Below, one piece after another: positions 31,035 to 41,204 of a DNA stretch of 64,000 nt (the first letter of the stretch is position 1; every line of letters begins with the position of its first letter). The notes under the pieces are model-generated. The model had not been told where the DNA came from. It searched no databases and was given only the letters and a program-made list of their open reading frames with translations. The DNA is taken from positions 186,001-250,000 of the IMG/VR virus record IMGVR_UViG_3300042879_006196. One strand, given 5' to 3'. The translations under genes were made by a program, and so were the position numbers.

Positions 31035-34000
31035 TGTCAAAACGAACACCGATCTATAACTATTTATACCTTGAGAGTGGTGATGTCATATATCCAGGTT
31101 ATGACAAAGACAATCAATTTACATCTGAAAATCAAATTTTTGGAATGTACAGTTATTTAGGTCAGGGAATTATTTCTGGTTGGACAATTCATTGGATGGG
31201 CTGTTTATCTGATGCTTATGTTTTGCAACAAAGACAAGCTCTTATAGATGCATATCGCACTGATCGTTTTTCATATTTGGCTTTACAATATCAATCTCTT
31301 AATTATCCAGTAACAGAAGCTGATTGGAAACAATGCATAGTGGTGAAGCCTGGATTAGGCATCGTTGATGTATTTCATGCTGCCACTGAATATCCCACCT
31401 TTTTCAGATTCACAGAAGTAAATCATTACTACGTTTGGGCTCAAAAAAATGTTTGCACAAACACTGAATATCTTTGTGAAATTGTAGCCCCTGAATATCC
31501 AGATGAAGATTATGATTTAGCTAATCAAGCTATCTATATAGGAGAGGTTTTTACAGGAGTAGTGAATTCTAGTGTAGCCGTAACACAAATTACATATTCT
31601 GAAAGAAGAAGAGAATTAAAAAATGCTCAAGGGGATATACAAAGAATTTTAAATCAAGCTTTGATCAACCATGTGCATTCTGGGGAAGGTGATAACCCAA
31701 GCAAAATTAATTTGAGTACAAATGTAACAATTATAGTTCCTATAATAGAAAACAGCAATACTTTCACTTTTACTTTGCCTTCTGGGTTTAACTCAAATAA
31801 TTATGCAACTCCACAAGTGTATTTGAATAGTAATCTGTTAATGTCTAGCCAGTATCAAATTTCTGGTTCAATAATTTATTTGCAAAATAGTGTGCCAATT
31901 ACTTCATCTCTTCAGATTGTGTATCAGCTTGCTCCAGGTCCAAATATTTACATAACAAGTTCTTTAACCCCTCCATTACAAAATATCACTTTAAGTTTCG
32001 AAAAAATATATTATCTTACAGATGGTACAACAACTACTGCCAGTGATGGTACTCAAGTTTTTAATGTTTGGAACTGGAATGATAATAATTATAGCGAAAT
32101 CAAAGTATATCTTTCTACTGAGGCGTTAGATGTTCAAACTTATAGCATCTATCAATTAAAAGGAGTGGATAATAGTGGCGGAAGACTTAAATTTATTGGA
32201 CCCATATTACCTTCAATTTTGAATTATGGAGAAACTGATGTTGTAGTTAAATTTACTGTACCAAGCTTTGAAGTTACTGGGAAGCTTTCTGCGTCAAGAA
32301 TTGCTTCAATAAATGCAAGTAGCTTTACAAGAGGCACACTTTCTAATGCTAGAATATCACGATTAGATCACTTAGGTCTATATAGATTAGACGAAAGAGC
32401 AACAGTAATACCAACAAAAAAATTATTAGATTCTGGTGATCACATTCATTTTTATCCTGAAATAGAAAGTGTAATTCAACATTCTGATTACATTTTAAAT
32501 ACAACAACTACAAGGTATGTAAAAGAAACCTCAGCAGATTCTACCACTTCTCCAAAAACAATTATATCTACCCCCAATGGATTATTTGCATCAAAAAGAT
32601 CTACGCTTGATTTTTCAACAATTGTAAAACTTCCTTGGAATACAGACAATGGTGTAGCAGATGAATTTTCAGAAAACTACTTTGGTAATTTTAATACATA
32701 TCAATTACCAGGCACAACTACTGAAAATTTAAATCCAAAAGCTTTTTGGATTTTGTGCAAGAACAAAAATCAGTTTAAAAATGTTTTATATCTCTCCACT
32801 AATTTTGGAATAACATATTCTAAAATAACCATACCTTTTACTAGTTCAGGATCAATAGTAACAATAAATGATTTTATCTTTACAGTAAATGTATTTCAGT
32901 TCACTGTAGGTGAAGTAATTCTCACACCAAAGCTTGATGTAAATTATATTTATTATATTGCGGCAACAGATGGTTTGTATTCAGCAACAATTTTAAGAAG
33001 CCAAAATAAATTGAAACCAGTTTGGGATAATCCAACAAAAAACACAACAAATGCTTCTACAGGTTCTATAAATAAAATTTCAGAGGCTGTAAATGTTGGC
33101 ACTATCACTACGACATATGATTCAGGTCTTACTGAAAGGAATTATCAAAATTACAGAGCTTTATATGCCGCTTGTGATTCTGGATTGTTTGTGTATCAAT
33201 CTGGAACAGGACTTAAATTTACAACAAACTCAACAGCATATAATTCTGACAATTCAACATTTTATTTTTCTAAATGGCTTGGTGTAGAAGATTCATCTAA
33301 TCAGATTTTTGCAGTGGCGTGGGCTGACAGTTATGGCTTATACTTCTCAAATTCTGGACAAAAAATTACAACTACATCTTCTAGCGGTAGCTCAAGAACT
33401 GTTACAATTACTTTTTATGAGCCTCTTACTTTAAGCAGAACTTCTACAACCACTGTAAGTTGTGCTTCTACCGAAAACATTGATATTACAGAGGCTATCA
33501 CTTCTATTGATGGATATAGTCTAGTAAATTCTGCTTTAGTTTTGCTTAAAAATCAAACAGATCCGAGCCAGAATGGAGTGTATATATGGTCATCAACTTC
33601 AGAGCTTCTTTATAAACAATCTAGTTTTAATACAAAAGTTTATGTTACCAATGGCACACAATCTCAAACAGAATGGATACAACTTGAATCTGATCCAGAA
33701 AATTTAAATGCAATTAATTATGCTTTATGGTTTGCAAATATTCTTTCTTTAGAAAGTAATGATCAGATTGTGTCAATTGCAAATGATAAATCTGGCGGAC
33801 CAAATAGTAATACAACAGAAACAAGATATTATCAATCCTTTTTTGTTGCAACAACTAAATATATCTATAGGGTATTGAATTACAATACTCCGAACATTTA
33901 TCCAACTATTTCACAAATCAACTGGGATTACGAAAATAATGGGCTTATTACCAATATTCAACATTACAGTGTCGAAGATCCAGAAAACGGTCAACTTGTA

Positions 34001-37000
34001 GTGTTTACTGAAAATGGAATTTTTAAATCAAAATCAAGTGCTTTTGAATATGGACCATTGGACTCATCAGGCAATTTGGTTTTACCAAATAATTCTTACG
34101 AAAGATTTATTAACAATGTAACAGCACCCCAAGCAGATAATGCATCAGTGTACGATGCTTATACCTTGGAAGAGTATGTAGGTAAAATCACATCAGTAAG
34201 TATTGCCACTTCAATTGTCACCGTTCCTGATGGCACTTACACGAATCAGCGCGTTTATGCCAATAATACACAAGGCTCTGGGTTGACTGTAGATCTTACA
34301 ATTAAATCAAATGTTATTACAAGTCTAGAGATCAATAGGGGTGGAGTAAATTATGGTGAAGATCTGCCTAATCCATATGTGGTAATTGGTGAACAGAAGA
34401 TTTTCTTACAAAATGCAGTGACACAAGGATACTTTACATGTAATTATGATTCTCAATATTTTGTTTACAGCAAATCTGATGGAATAAATCCTTCTTCTTT
34501 ATTATATGAAGTTAACTACACAAATTTTTATGTGGAGCCTTGGAATAATTTTCCATTAGTTACAGCTAAAATTAACAATACACCTACAAATAATACTTTC
34601 GGATATAATGCAGAAACTGGTGAGATTGTGTTTGTGGATTCGTTGCCTAAATCTTTGAAAGATTCTGTCACCGTTTCTTTGACAAATAAAGGACAATACA
34701 TTTCCAATACTGGTGATACTCCTCACGGTGAAGTATTTAACATAAGCATTGCTGACTCAGTGCCTTCTGCAAGTATATCATCCACTTACTATTCTTCGTC
34801 TGGTTCTAATATTCTGCCTTTAAAAAACATCAACAATACTAGATGGAACTCGGAAATCACATCCCTAAAAGTTACAGGATTGAGACCTGCAACTAATAGT
34901 TCAACTTTGCAATCTTACACTGAGATTTTACAAGTTAGTGTAGACACCACTGCTGGGCTCATTGTTTACATAAAGTCTAAACCGACAACACTGCCTCTCA
35001 CTGTAAACTCAAATGTTTTTATTGTTAGACCTTATGATAATGTTCTTGGAATTGAAGATAAAATTTTTCTTTCAAAATCAAACCTCACATATCACATGGA
35101 TTCTGTTAGTCATGCAAATGTTTACACATTGTCTAATGCTCTCACAAATATTAATCCAGATTTGTATGATTATCCAATTGTGCCAAATGAAACTTTATCA
35201 GGTGTAGATAGAGGGTTAAAAAATACTATTGCTCTGAAAAGTTTGTCAGAATTTGATCCAACAGCTACATTTGTTGGATATACATTTGGTGTTGACCCTA
35301 GCTCTTCAGATGTAGCAGCTTCTCCATCTACAATAAATTTAATCCTTAATTTTTCTTATGGAAATAACCCAACGTTTGCCACTAACAAAGGAATTTGGCA
35401 ATACTTTAGAGCCTCTAAATCTTGGGTTAAACTTGACTCTGTTGGAGATTCTAATGTAATTAATTTTGCTGATAAAACTCTTACAAATTCCTCGAATATA
35501 AGCTTTACATATGCAGGAACTGATCAAGGGCTTTTTTACCAACAAGACGGTGTATATACACTTGATCCTTTATTTACTGAACCAAATTTGAGTGTAAGCA
35601 TGGGATCATGGTATACTTCAGCAAAGAACACAACTAAAAGATTTGAAGCTTATGGAAAAGACAATAGCATGTCTTTTGTTTTGAGAACCACAAAAACCCA
35701 AGAGCAAACAACTACCTTACAAAGTGATTATTTTGAAGGTCATACTATTTATGATCTTTATTACAATACTTTTTACAGATATGATGATAAGGGAAATAGA
35801 ACTGAACATCCTGCAATTTATTTAGCAACGGATTACAGTGTTTGGGCTTTTACCACTGACGCCGCTCCAGGGTCACCTCCACCTTCAAGCAGAGGTGCAA
35901 ATCACACTTTACTTGTAGGTCGCGAAATGTTCGGCAATAATATTCTTAGAAACATAAATAGATTGAATCCAAGTGCGCTTGGTATACCTGTTAAAGTTTA
36001 CAAAATTTTAGAAGTTCCTTCAGGTGGGAGATCAACTTGGCTTGCTGTGGCAACATCAAATGGTGTGTATGTTGTTATAAACTGGAGACAATGTGATGTT
36101 GGTGATCCAAACGGTTTAACTTTTTATCCGCAAAACAAATTCAGTTCAAATGAAACAGTTGGACACTCGTGTTTTGTTATAATTCCAAAATCTACTGATA
36201 CTTCTAATTCCACATATTTTGTTGGCACTGAAGTGGGTGTTTTTAAATCTGTATCAAAATGCGGAGATTGGTCAAGAGTTTCAAAGTTTGATAATCAGGA
36301 TTTGTCAGTAAGCGATTTAAAATATTTCAACGATTCAAGCGGAAACGGTATACTTGTTGCTGCCACGAACTTAGGGCTTTGGGTTTCCAATGATGATGGT
36401 GACACATGGTCAACAGTAGAAGATTATAATGATCCACAAGTGCAAATAGAAACAAGTGCGACATATGGCTCTCCTTTAAGCGATTTGCCAATTCAAACAT
36501 TTACGCCTGTTTCTGACGGCTATGTATCAAAGGCTTTTGCATACTTTAATCCAGGAGATTTAACTGGTATAACAACATTAAAAGCTTACATTTCTAACGG
36601 AACAGCTACAACACAATCTTCATCATCAATAGAATTGAATTCAAGCAGTTATCCAGGCATGTATGGATTTGCATTTTCAAATGTGTCATGTATATCAACC
36701 ATGTCTTATAGTCTAGGAATAGTAACAGATAATGCCACTTACGCTTCACAAGTAACATGGGGATTATCTAATTTGAATAATCCATACACACAAGGATCAG
36801 CATCTACATCTGGTGGCACATTATTAAATAAAGACTTTTTCTTTAGAATAAATTTAACTACCCCTGCTACACCCACTGAAGTAATAGAACCAGTGGGATT
36901 CTATAACACATCTTATTCAATAGGTTTTGCGTCAGGAACATATTTGGGGGCTTCAATTTCAAGTACAGGATATCTTTATTCAAATGTTGGTATTTTGTGC

Positions 37001-40000
37001 AATGTTGTATTTGACACTTCTAAATCTTTTGAAATCAATGATACAGCTATTGTCACACAATCTGGAGTATCCACTTCTTATGTAAGAACTGCAGTAATTA
37101 ATGCCTTAGTGCCAACTGGAATAAACTCTGACACTTTATATACACGCTTGTCGAATGGTTTTGGCACTAGCAAATTGCTTACAGCAATATATGGATTTAA
37201 CAATAAAATCAATGATTTATTGTTTTATTCAACAGCAAATGCTTCTTCATCTTCAAGTTGTTTAACTTCCTCATCAGTATCATTTGAAGGTTACTCAAAT
37301 AACTCAAGTTTGATTTCTGAATCTATTAGTTATGTTTCAAATACTGGAAGATTATCTAAATTGTATGATGCTATGCTTTTTAATGCTCGATTACAATTCC
37401 CAGCTATTGTTTCTGGATTCTATAAAAATAATTTAAGCCAAATTGATACTAACTTTATAAATTTACAATCTGTAAAGGAGCAGTACAAGAGTGATTTTGA
37501 TTTGTATTTAAGTTTAAATCTTAGTTTATTATCATTCACCACTTATAATGTTTACTATGGAGATAACACTAATAATTTTGTTTGGGTGGAAGATAATTAT
37601 AGTTACAGCATTGTGGTTCTTTCGGATGGCTCATGCACAACAAATTTCACTTTCGATTCGACGAATGGAACTTGCACAGTAACATCTTTGCTTACACCTT
37701 TATACTTGTTGCTAAGCAAAGACTGGGATTTTGATGTAAGTATTTCAGATTTGTCCGATGATATAAATATTTGGTCAAGCTCAACTAATGCTTTAGATTT
37801 AGTAACAAATCAATATGCACTCAGTTTTAAGCCTTTAATAATTGTAACCACTGATGGAAATGATGATTCTCAAGCTACTCCTGAATCTGTTAATGCATCA
37901 CTTAAAGTGGCTTATTCTGGAACAGGTACGCAAGTTTTAGTAATTGAGCCAACACAATCTGGAAATGAAAATTACCTCAGAAAGATGATAGAGCAGACAA
38001 ACTCTAAAGTTTTTAAATATCTATCTTATCCTGAAGATGAATTAAAAAATGTTCTTTTTGAAGAAGACAGCCTAAATTTACTTTCATCTTATTGGGAAAG
38101 AAAATATGATTTTGATGAACCTAAATTCATAAGTTATATTTACACATCATTTGTTGAGCCTGGTAATTCATCAGCAAATGTAATGTTCAGATGGTCTGCA
38201 GATCGTGTAGAGTTTAGTAATTACATTAGCTTAATTAACAATTCAAGATATAATTTGAATCAAAAAGTTTTAGCAATAGAATATTTAATAGATATGGTGG
38301 AAGATTATAGTTCTAACACCAGAATTCTTCCATATGTGAAACAACTTTATCATGTAAGTGTAATCCCTGCAACACAAACTTACCTTACATATCCTCAAGA
38401 TATATCTGGGCAACTTTTTGAAACATTAGCTCTTGGTTCTTTCACAAATAGTGCTTTAGTGGACATCACACCAATTGTAGGAAGAACAGAATCTGCTGAC
38501 ACTTCTTATTACGAGCAAGTGCAGCTTAACAGAAACGGTGCATTACCAAACAGGCAAACTTCTTACAGAATTACTCCAGCATTTAGTGTTACAGGTTTAA
38601 AACTAATTCCTGTGACCAATGAAGAGAATAATTCTAGCTACTATATAGTTGATAACAATTCCACGTTGTACACTTGGACAAATAATGATAAATTCTATTT
38701 GTATTCTGACGGAAATCCTATAAGCCCCACTGCCTATTCTACAGTGCCAGAAAGTGGAATATTATTGATTACAAATATTTACACAATTGTGAATGGAGTT
38801 TACTTATATGAATCATTTACTGCACAAATTGATTACGTTGAGTCAAGAGAGACAATTATTGGCGAGCCAACAATAACATACGATTACAAAACATACTATT
38901 TAAGCAATGGCAGAATTCCCACTGATGCAAAAGTGGTTGTTTTAGTAAACCAAGAGATTTATAAAGGTATTTACACAGTTAGTGCATATGATGGAACTAT
39001 TACTTTTGCAAGTATAAGAGAAACATCAGATTATGTGACAGTATTTATTCAATTTTCAAATCAATTTAGGGCTGGCTTACAGATTGAAAGTTATTCAGCT
39101 GATAATTTAACTTTGCAAAGTTTCAATTTCACATACACAAGTGTGCCTAATCTCAATACATATTTAGACTCATTCTATTATGCAAAGCCTTTCCTTTCTG
39201 GATCACCTACATTGTCGCCATTGTCTCCGAACATAGATAGCACTTTGTCTCTTACTTACAGCTATCAAGACGAAAGTAATGCGCCAGAAAATGGATCTAC
39301 TATACAATGGTGGCGGCAAAGAACAGGCATTGAATATGTAACGTTCAATACTGCTGCAAACTTAAGTGTAACTGGAGCTTTAGTGGGCATAAATACATTT
39401 ACTGTTAAATCACTTTATAATCAATCTGAAAATCCATTTATTCTTTCTGTTACTACAAATTCGAATGGCATCACAACTAATGTAGTGAGGGTTGTTATTT
39501 CTGATAGAGGGTCAGGATTTATTGGCACTGGGACAAATCTGCAAGCTTCTGTATCAGTGCCTTTATCAACTAATCCAGTAACGTTTGCGACAATCAATAA
39601 TTTGGGCTTGGCAATAACAGCTTACACTTTGAAAGCACCTTATACACCTGGTTACGCAACCACTGATAACTTCGTGAGAATAAACCCAAATTCTCCAACA
39701 GGCTATGCATCCACAACTTTTGGATATTCATCATCTGTGGTCTTATATTCTTATCCGAACTACGATGGAAGATTGTTTGAGCAAACTAATGATGTTGCTG
39801 GTCGTGTAATTTTTGATGGTAGAGATGTGGTTTATGCAACTGTAACACCAAGCAATGGAGTTTCAGAAGGTTCAACATATCAATCAAATCCAATTACAAT
39901 AAATCCATTTTACACACCTGTTCTTTCCAGCTTGACTATTGTTGGATCAATTTCTAGCTATAATGGAGTTAGTACTAACTTGAATGTTTTTGCAAATACT

Positions 40001-40243
40001 CCTCAAACTCCACTATATAATTTCAATTATGCAATAAGCCCATTCAATCAATACGTGGTAATTAATTGGTTTAAACTTGTTGAGACTGGAGTGAAAAATA
40101 TATCTTCATCAACTACCCTTTCGAGTAATTTGATAAATGCTTCTGATCAAATATATTACACAGCATACCCTGCGGTAATTCAGTCCAACGGAACTTATGG
40201 GTTCGGTAATACAGTTAATTCAGAGATTTACACAGTGATATAG
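31034..40243 (+). CDS. Giant virion protein with Asp-box (BNR) repeats and vWA domain, 3069 aa
   Basis: TAATG overlap with the previous ORF; N-terminus paralogous to the 1681-aa ORF; Asp-boxes LYLSTNFGITYS, GLWVSNDDGDTWS; vWA elements VVFDTSKS..LYDAM..IIVTTDGNDD..LRKMIEQTNSKVF. Confidence 0.8.
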   Translation: MSKRTPIYNYLYLESGDVIYPGYDKDNQFTSENQIFGMYSYLGQGIISGWTIHWMGCLSDAYVLQQRQALIDAYRTDRFSYLALQYQSLNYPVTEADWKQCIVVKPGLGIVDVFHAATEYPTFFRFTEVNHYYVWAQKNVCTNTEYLCEIVAPEYPDEDYDLANQAIYIGEVFTGVVNSSVAVTQITYSERRRELKNAQGDIQRILNQALINHVHSGEGDNPSKINLSTNVTIIVPIIENSNTFTFTLPSGFNSNNYATPQVYLNSNLLMSSQYQISGSIIYLQNSVPITSSLQIVYQLAPGPNIYITSSLTPPLQNITLSFEKIYYLTDGTTTTASDGTQVFNVWNWNDNNYSEIKVYLSTEALDVQTYSIYQLKGVDNSGGRLKFIGPILPSILNYGETDVVVKFTVPSFEVTGKLSASRIASINASSFTRGTLSNARISRLDHLGLYRLDERATVIPTKKLLDSGDHIHFYPEIESVIQHSDYILNTTTTRYVKETSADSTTSPKTIISTPNGLFASKRSTLDFSTIVKLPWNTDNGVADEFSENYFGNFNTYQLPGTTTENLNPKAFWILCKNKNQFKNVLYLSTNFGITYSKITIPFTSSGSIVTINDFIFTVNVFQFTVGEVILTPKLDVNYIYYIAATDGLYSATILRSQNKLKPVWDNPTKNTTNASTGSINKISEAVNVGTITTTYDSGLTERNYQNYRALYAACDSGLFVYQSGTGLKFTTNSTAYNSDNSTFYFSKWLGVEDSSNQIFAVAWADSYGLYFSNSGQKITTTSSSGSSRTVTITFYEPLTLSRTSTTTVSCASTENIDITEAITSIDGYSLVNSALVLLKNQTDPSQNGVYIWSSTSELLYKQSSFNTKVYVTNGTQSQTEWIQLESDPENLNAINYALWFANILSLESNDQIVSIANDKSGGPNSNTTETRYYQSFFVATTKYIYRVLNYNTPNIYPTISQINWDYENNGLITNIQHYSVEDPENGQLVVFTENGIFKSKSSAFEYGPLDSSGNLVLPNNSYERFINNVTAPQADNASVYDAYTLEEYVGKITSVSIATSIVTVPDGTYTNQRVYANNTQGSGLTVDLTIKSNVITSLEINRGGVNYGEDLPNPYVVIGEQKIFLQNAVTQGYFTCNYDSQYFVYSKSDGINPSSLLYEVNYTNFYVEPWNNFPLVTAKINNTPTNNTFGYNAETGEIVFVDSLPKSLKDSVTVSLTNKGQYISNTGDTPHGEVFNISIADSVPSASISSTYYSSSGSNILPLKNINNTRWNSEITSLKVTGLRPATNSSTLQSYTEILQVSVDTTAGLIVYIKSKPTTLPLTVNSNVFIVRPYDNVLGIEDKIFLSKSNLTYHMDSVSHANVYTLSNALTNINPDLYDYPIVPNETLSGVDRGLKNTIALKSLSEFDPTATFVGYTFGVDPSSSDVAASPSTINLILNFSYGNNPTFATNKGIWQYFRASKSWVKLDSVGDSNVINFADKTLTNSSNISFTYAGTDQGLFYQQDGVYTLDPLFTEPNLSVSMGSWYTSAKNTTKRFEAYGKDNSMSFVLRTTKTQEQTTTLQSDYFEGHTIYDLYYNTFYRYDDKGNRTEHPAIYLATDYSVWAFTTDAAPGSPPPSSRGANHTLLVGREMFGNNILRNINRLNPSALGIPVKVYKILEVPSGGRSTWLAVATSNGVYVVINWRQCDVGDPNGLTFYPQNKFSSNETVGHSCFVIIPKSTDTSNSTYFVGTEVGVFKSVSKCGDWSRVSKFDNQDLSVSDLKYFNDSSGNGILVAATNLGLWVSNDDGDTWSTVEDYNDPQVQIETSATYGSPLSDLPIQTFTPVSDGYVSKAFAYFNPGDLTGITTLKAYISNGTATTQSSSSIELNSSSYPGMYGFAFSNVSCISTMSYSLGIVTDNATYASQVTWGLSNLNNPYTQGSASTSGGTLLNKDFFFRINLTTPATPTEVIEPVGFYNTSYSIGFASGTYLGASISSTGYLYSNVGILCNVVFDTSKSFEINDTAIVTQSGVSTSYVRTAVINALVPTGINSDTLYTRLSNGFGTSKLLTAIYGFNNKINDLLFYSTANASSSSSCLTSSSVSFEGYSNNSSLISESISYVSNTGRLSKLYDAMLFNARLQFPAIVSGFYKNNLSQIDTNFINLQSVKEQYKSDFDLYLSLNLSLLSFTTYNVYYGDNTNNFVWVEDNYSYSIVVLSDGSCTTNFTFDSTNGTCTVTSLLTPLYLLLSKDWDFDVSISDLSDDINIWSSSTNALDLVTNQYALSFKPLIIVTTDGNDDSQATPESVNASLKVAYSGTGTQVLVIEPTQSGNENYLRKMIEQTNSKVFKYLSYPEDELKNVLFEEDSLNLLSSYWERKYDFDEPKFISYIYTSFVEPGNSSANVMFRWSADRVEFSNYISLINNSRYNLNQKVLAIEYLIDMVEDYSSNTRILPYVKQLYHVSVIPATQTYLTYPQDISGQLFETLALGSFTNSALVDITPIVGRTESADTSYYEQVQLNRNGALPNRQTSYRITPAFSVTGLKLIPVTNEENNSSYYIVDNNSTLYTWTNNDKFYLYSDGNPISPTAYSTVPESGILLITNIYTIVNGVYLYESFTAQIDYVESRETIIGEPTITYDYKTYYLSNGRIPTDAKVVVLVNQEIYKGIYTVSAYDGTITFASIRETSDYVTVFIQFSNQFRAGLQIESYSADNLTLQSFNFTYTSVPNLNTYLDSFYYAKPFLSGSPTLSPLSPNIDSTLSLTYSYQDESNAPENGSTIQWWRQRTGIEYVTFNTAANLSVTGALVGINTFTVKSLYNQSENPFILSVTTNSNGITTNVVRVVISDRGSGFIGTGTNLQASVSVPLSTNPVTFATINNLGLAITAYTLKAPYTPGYATTDNFVRINPNSPTGYASTTFGYSSSVVLYSYPNYDGRLFEQTNDVAGRVIFDGRDVVYATVTPSNGVSEGSTYQSNPITINPFYTPVLSSLTIVGSISSYNGVSTNLNVFANTPQTPLYNFNYAISPFNQYVVINWFKLVETGVKNISSSTTLSSNLINASDQIYYTAYPAVIQSNGTYGFGNTVNSEIYTVI

Positions 40244-40275
40244 GTTGTAAAGCTTTTTTTTCATAAAATTTAATT

Positions 40276-41202
40276 ATGTCTAATCCAATTAAATTCATTC
40301 CAGATTTAAGAGATAAAATTTTAAATCAAGTTTCTATTCTGAATGAGCAACAGAATTGGGGGCTATCTTTTATTGAAGCTTCTTATGCTTGGCAACATTC
40401 AAAAGGAGAAGATGTAAAGGTGGCAATAATAGACACAGGATGGTTTCCTCACAAAGATTTACAAGTGAATTTTTTAGATGGGTATGATGCCACTGGCAAT
40501 AATGATTTTATGGATCATGGCTCATATCATGGCACACATGTGGCTGGAATAGTTGGTGCTAATTGTGGGCAAAATATTGGCGTAATGGGTGTTGCGCCAA
40601 GCTGTAAACTTATTCCCATAAAGGCACTTGATGATGATGGCACTGGTTCATTTGATTTCATTGCAAACGCTTTACAAATCGCACACGACTTAGATGTAGA
40701 TATAATCAATATGTCTCTTGGAACAGAATCCGATTATGGTCAAAGCAAAGTACATTCATTGATAAAAGATATAACAGCAAAGGGCAAGATTGTGGTTTGT
40801 GCTAGTGGGAATGATGGAGAAGATGTAAACTTTCCAGCAAAATATGATGAATCAATTGCTGTGGCAGCTGTTGAAAATGATGGAAAATTGGCTCGTTTTT
40901 CTTCGAGAGGTCCTGAGCTTGATGTTGCGGCACCTGGTGTAAAAATTTATTCTACTTGGGGAAACAATCAATATGTGAATCTTGATGGCACATCTATGGC
41001 TTGTCCAACTATTTCTGGAATAATTGCATTGATAATTTCTTGGTATAAAAAAAATCCAGACCCAAATTTTCAAATAAATTTCACGAACATGATCAAACTT
41101 ATGTATGATTTAGGTGGACCAGAAGGTGACCATATTGTACAACAAGGATCGTATAATATTGGAGTGCCTAAATTACAAAATTTTAATCCTTGGAAAAATT
41201 AA
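40276..41202 (+). CDS. S8 subtilisin-family serine protease (intracellular-subtilisin-like), 308 aa
   Basis: Catalytic triad motifs IIDTG, HGTHVAG, GTSMACP and oxyanion CASGN; no signal peptide; short N-terminal extension containing KFIPD. Confidence 0.95.
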   Translation: MSNPIKFIPDLRDKILNQVSILNEQQNWGLSFIEASYAWQHSKGEDVKVAIIDTGWFPHKDLQVNFLDGYDATGNNDFMDHGSYHGTHVAGIVGANCGQNIGVMGVAPSCKLIPIKALDDDGTGSFDFIANALQIAHDLDVDIINMSLGTESDYGQSKVHSLIKDITAKGKIVVCASGNDGEDVNFPAKYDESIAVAAVENDGKLARFSSRGPELDVAAPGVKIYSTWGNNQYVNLDGTSMACPTISGIIALIISWYKKNPDPNFQINFTNMIKLMYDLGGPEGDHIVQQGSYNIGVPKLQNFNPWKN

Positions 41203-41204
41203 CA

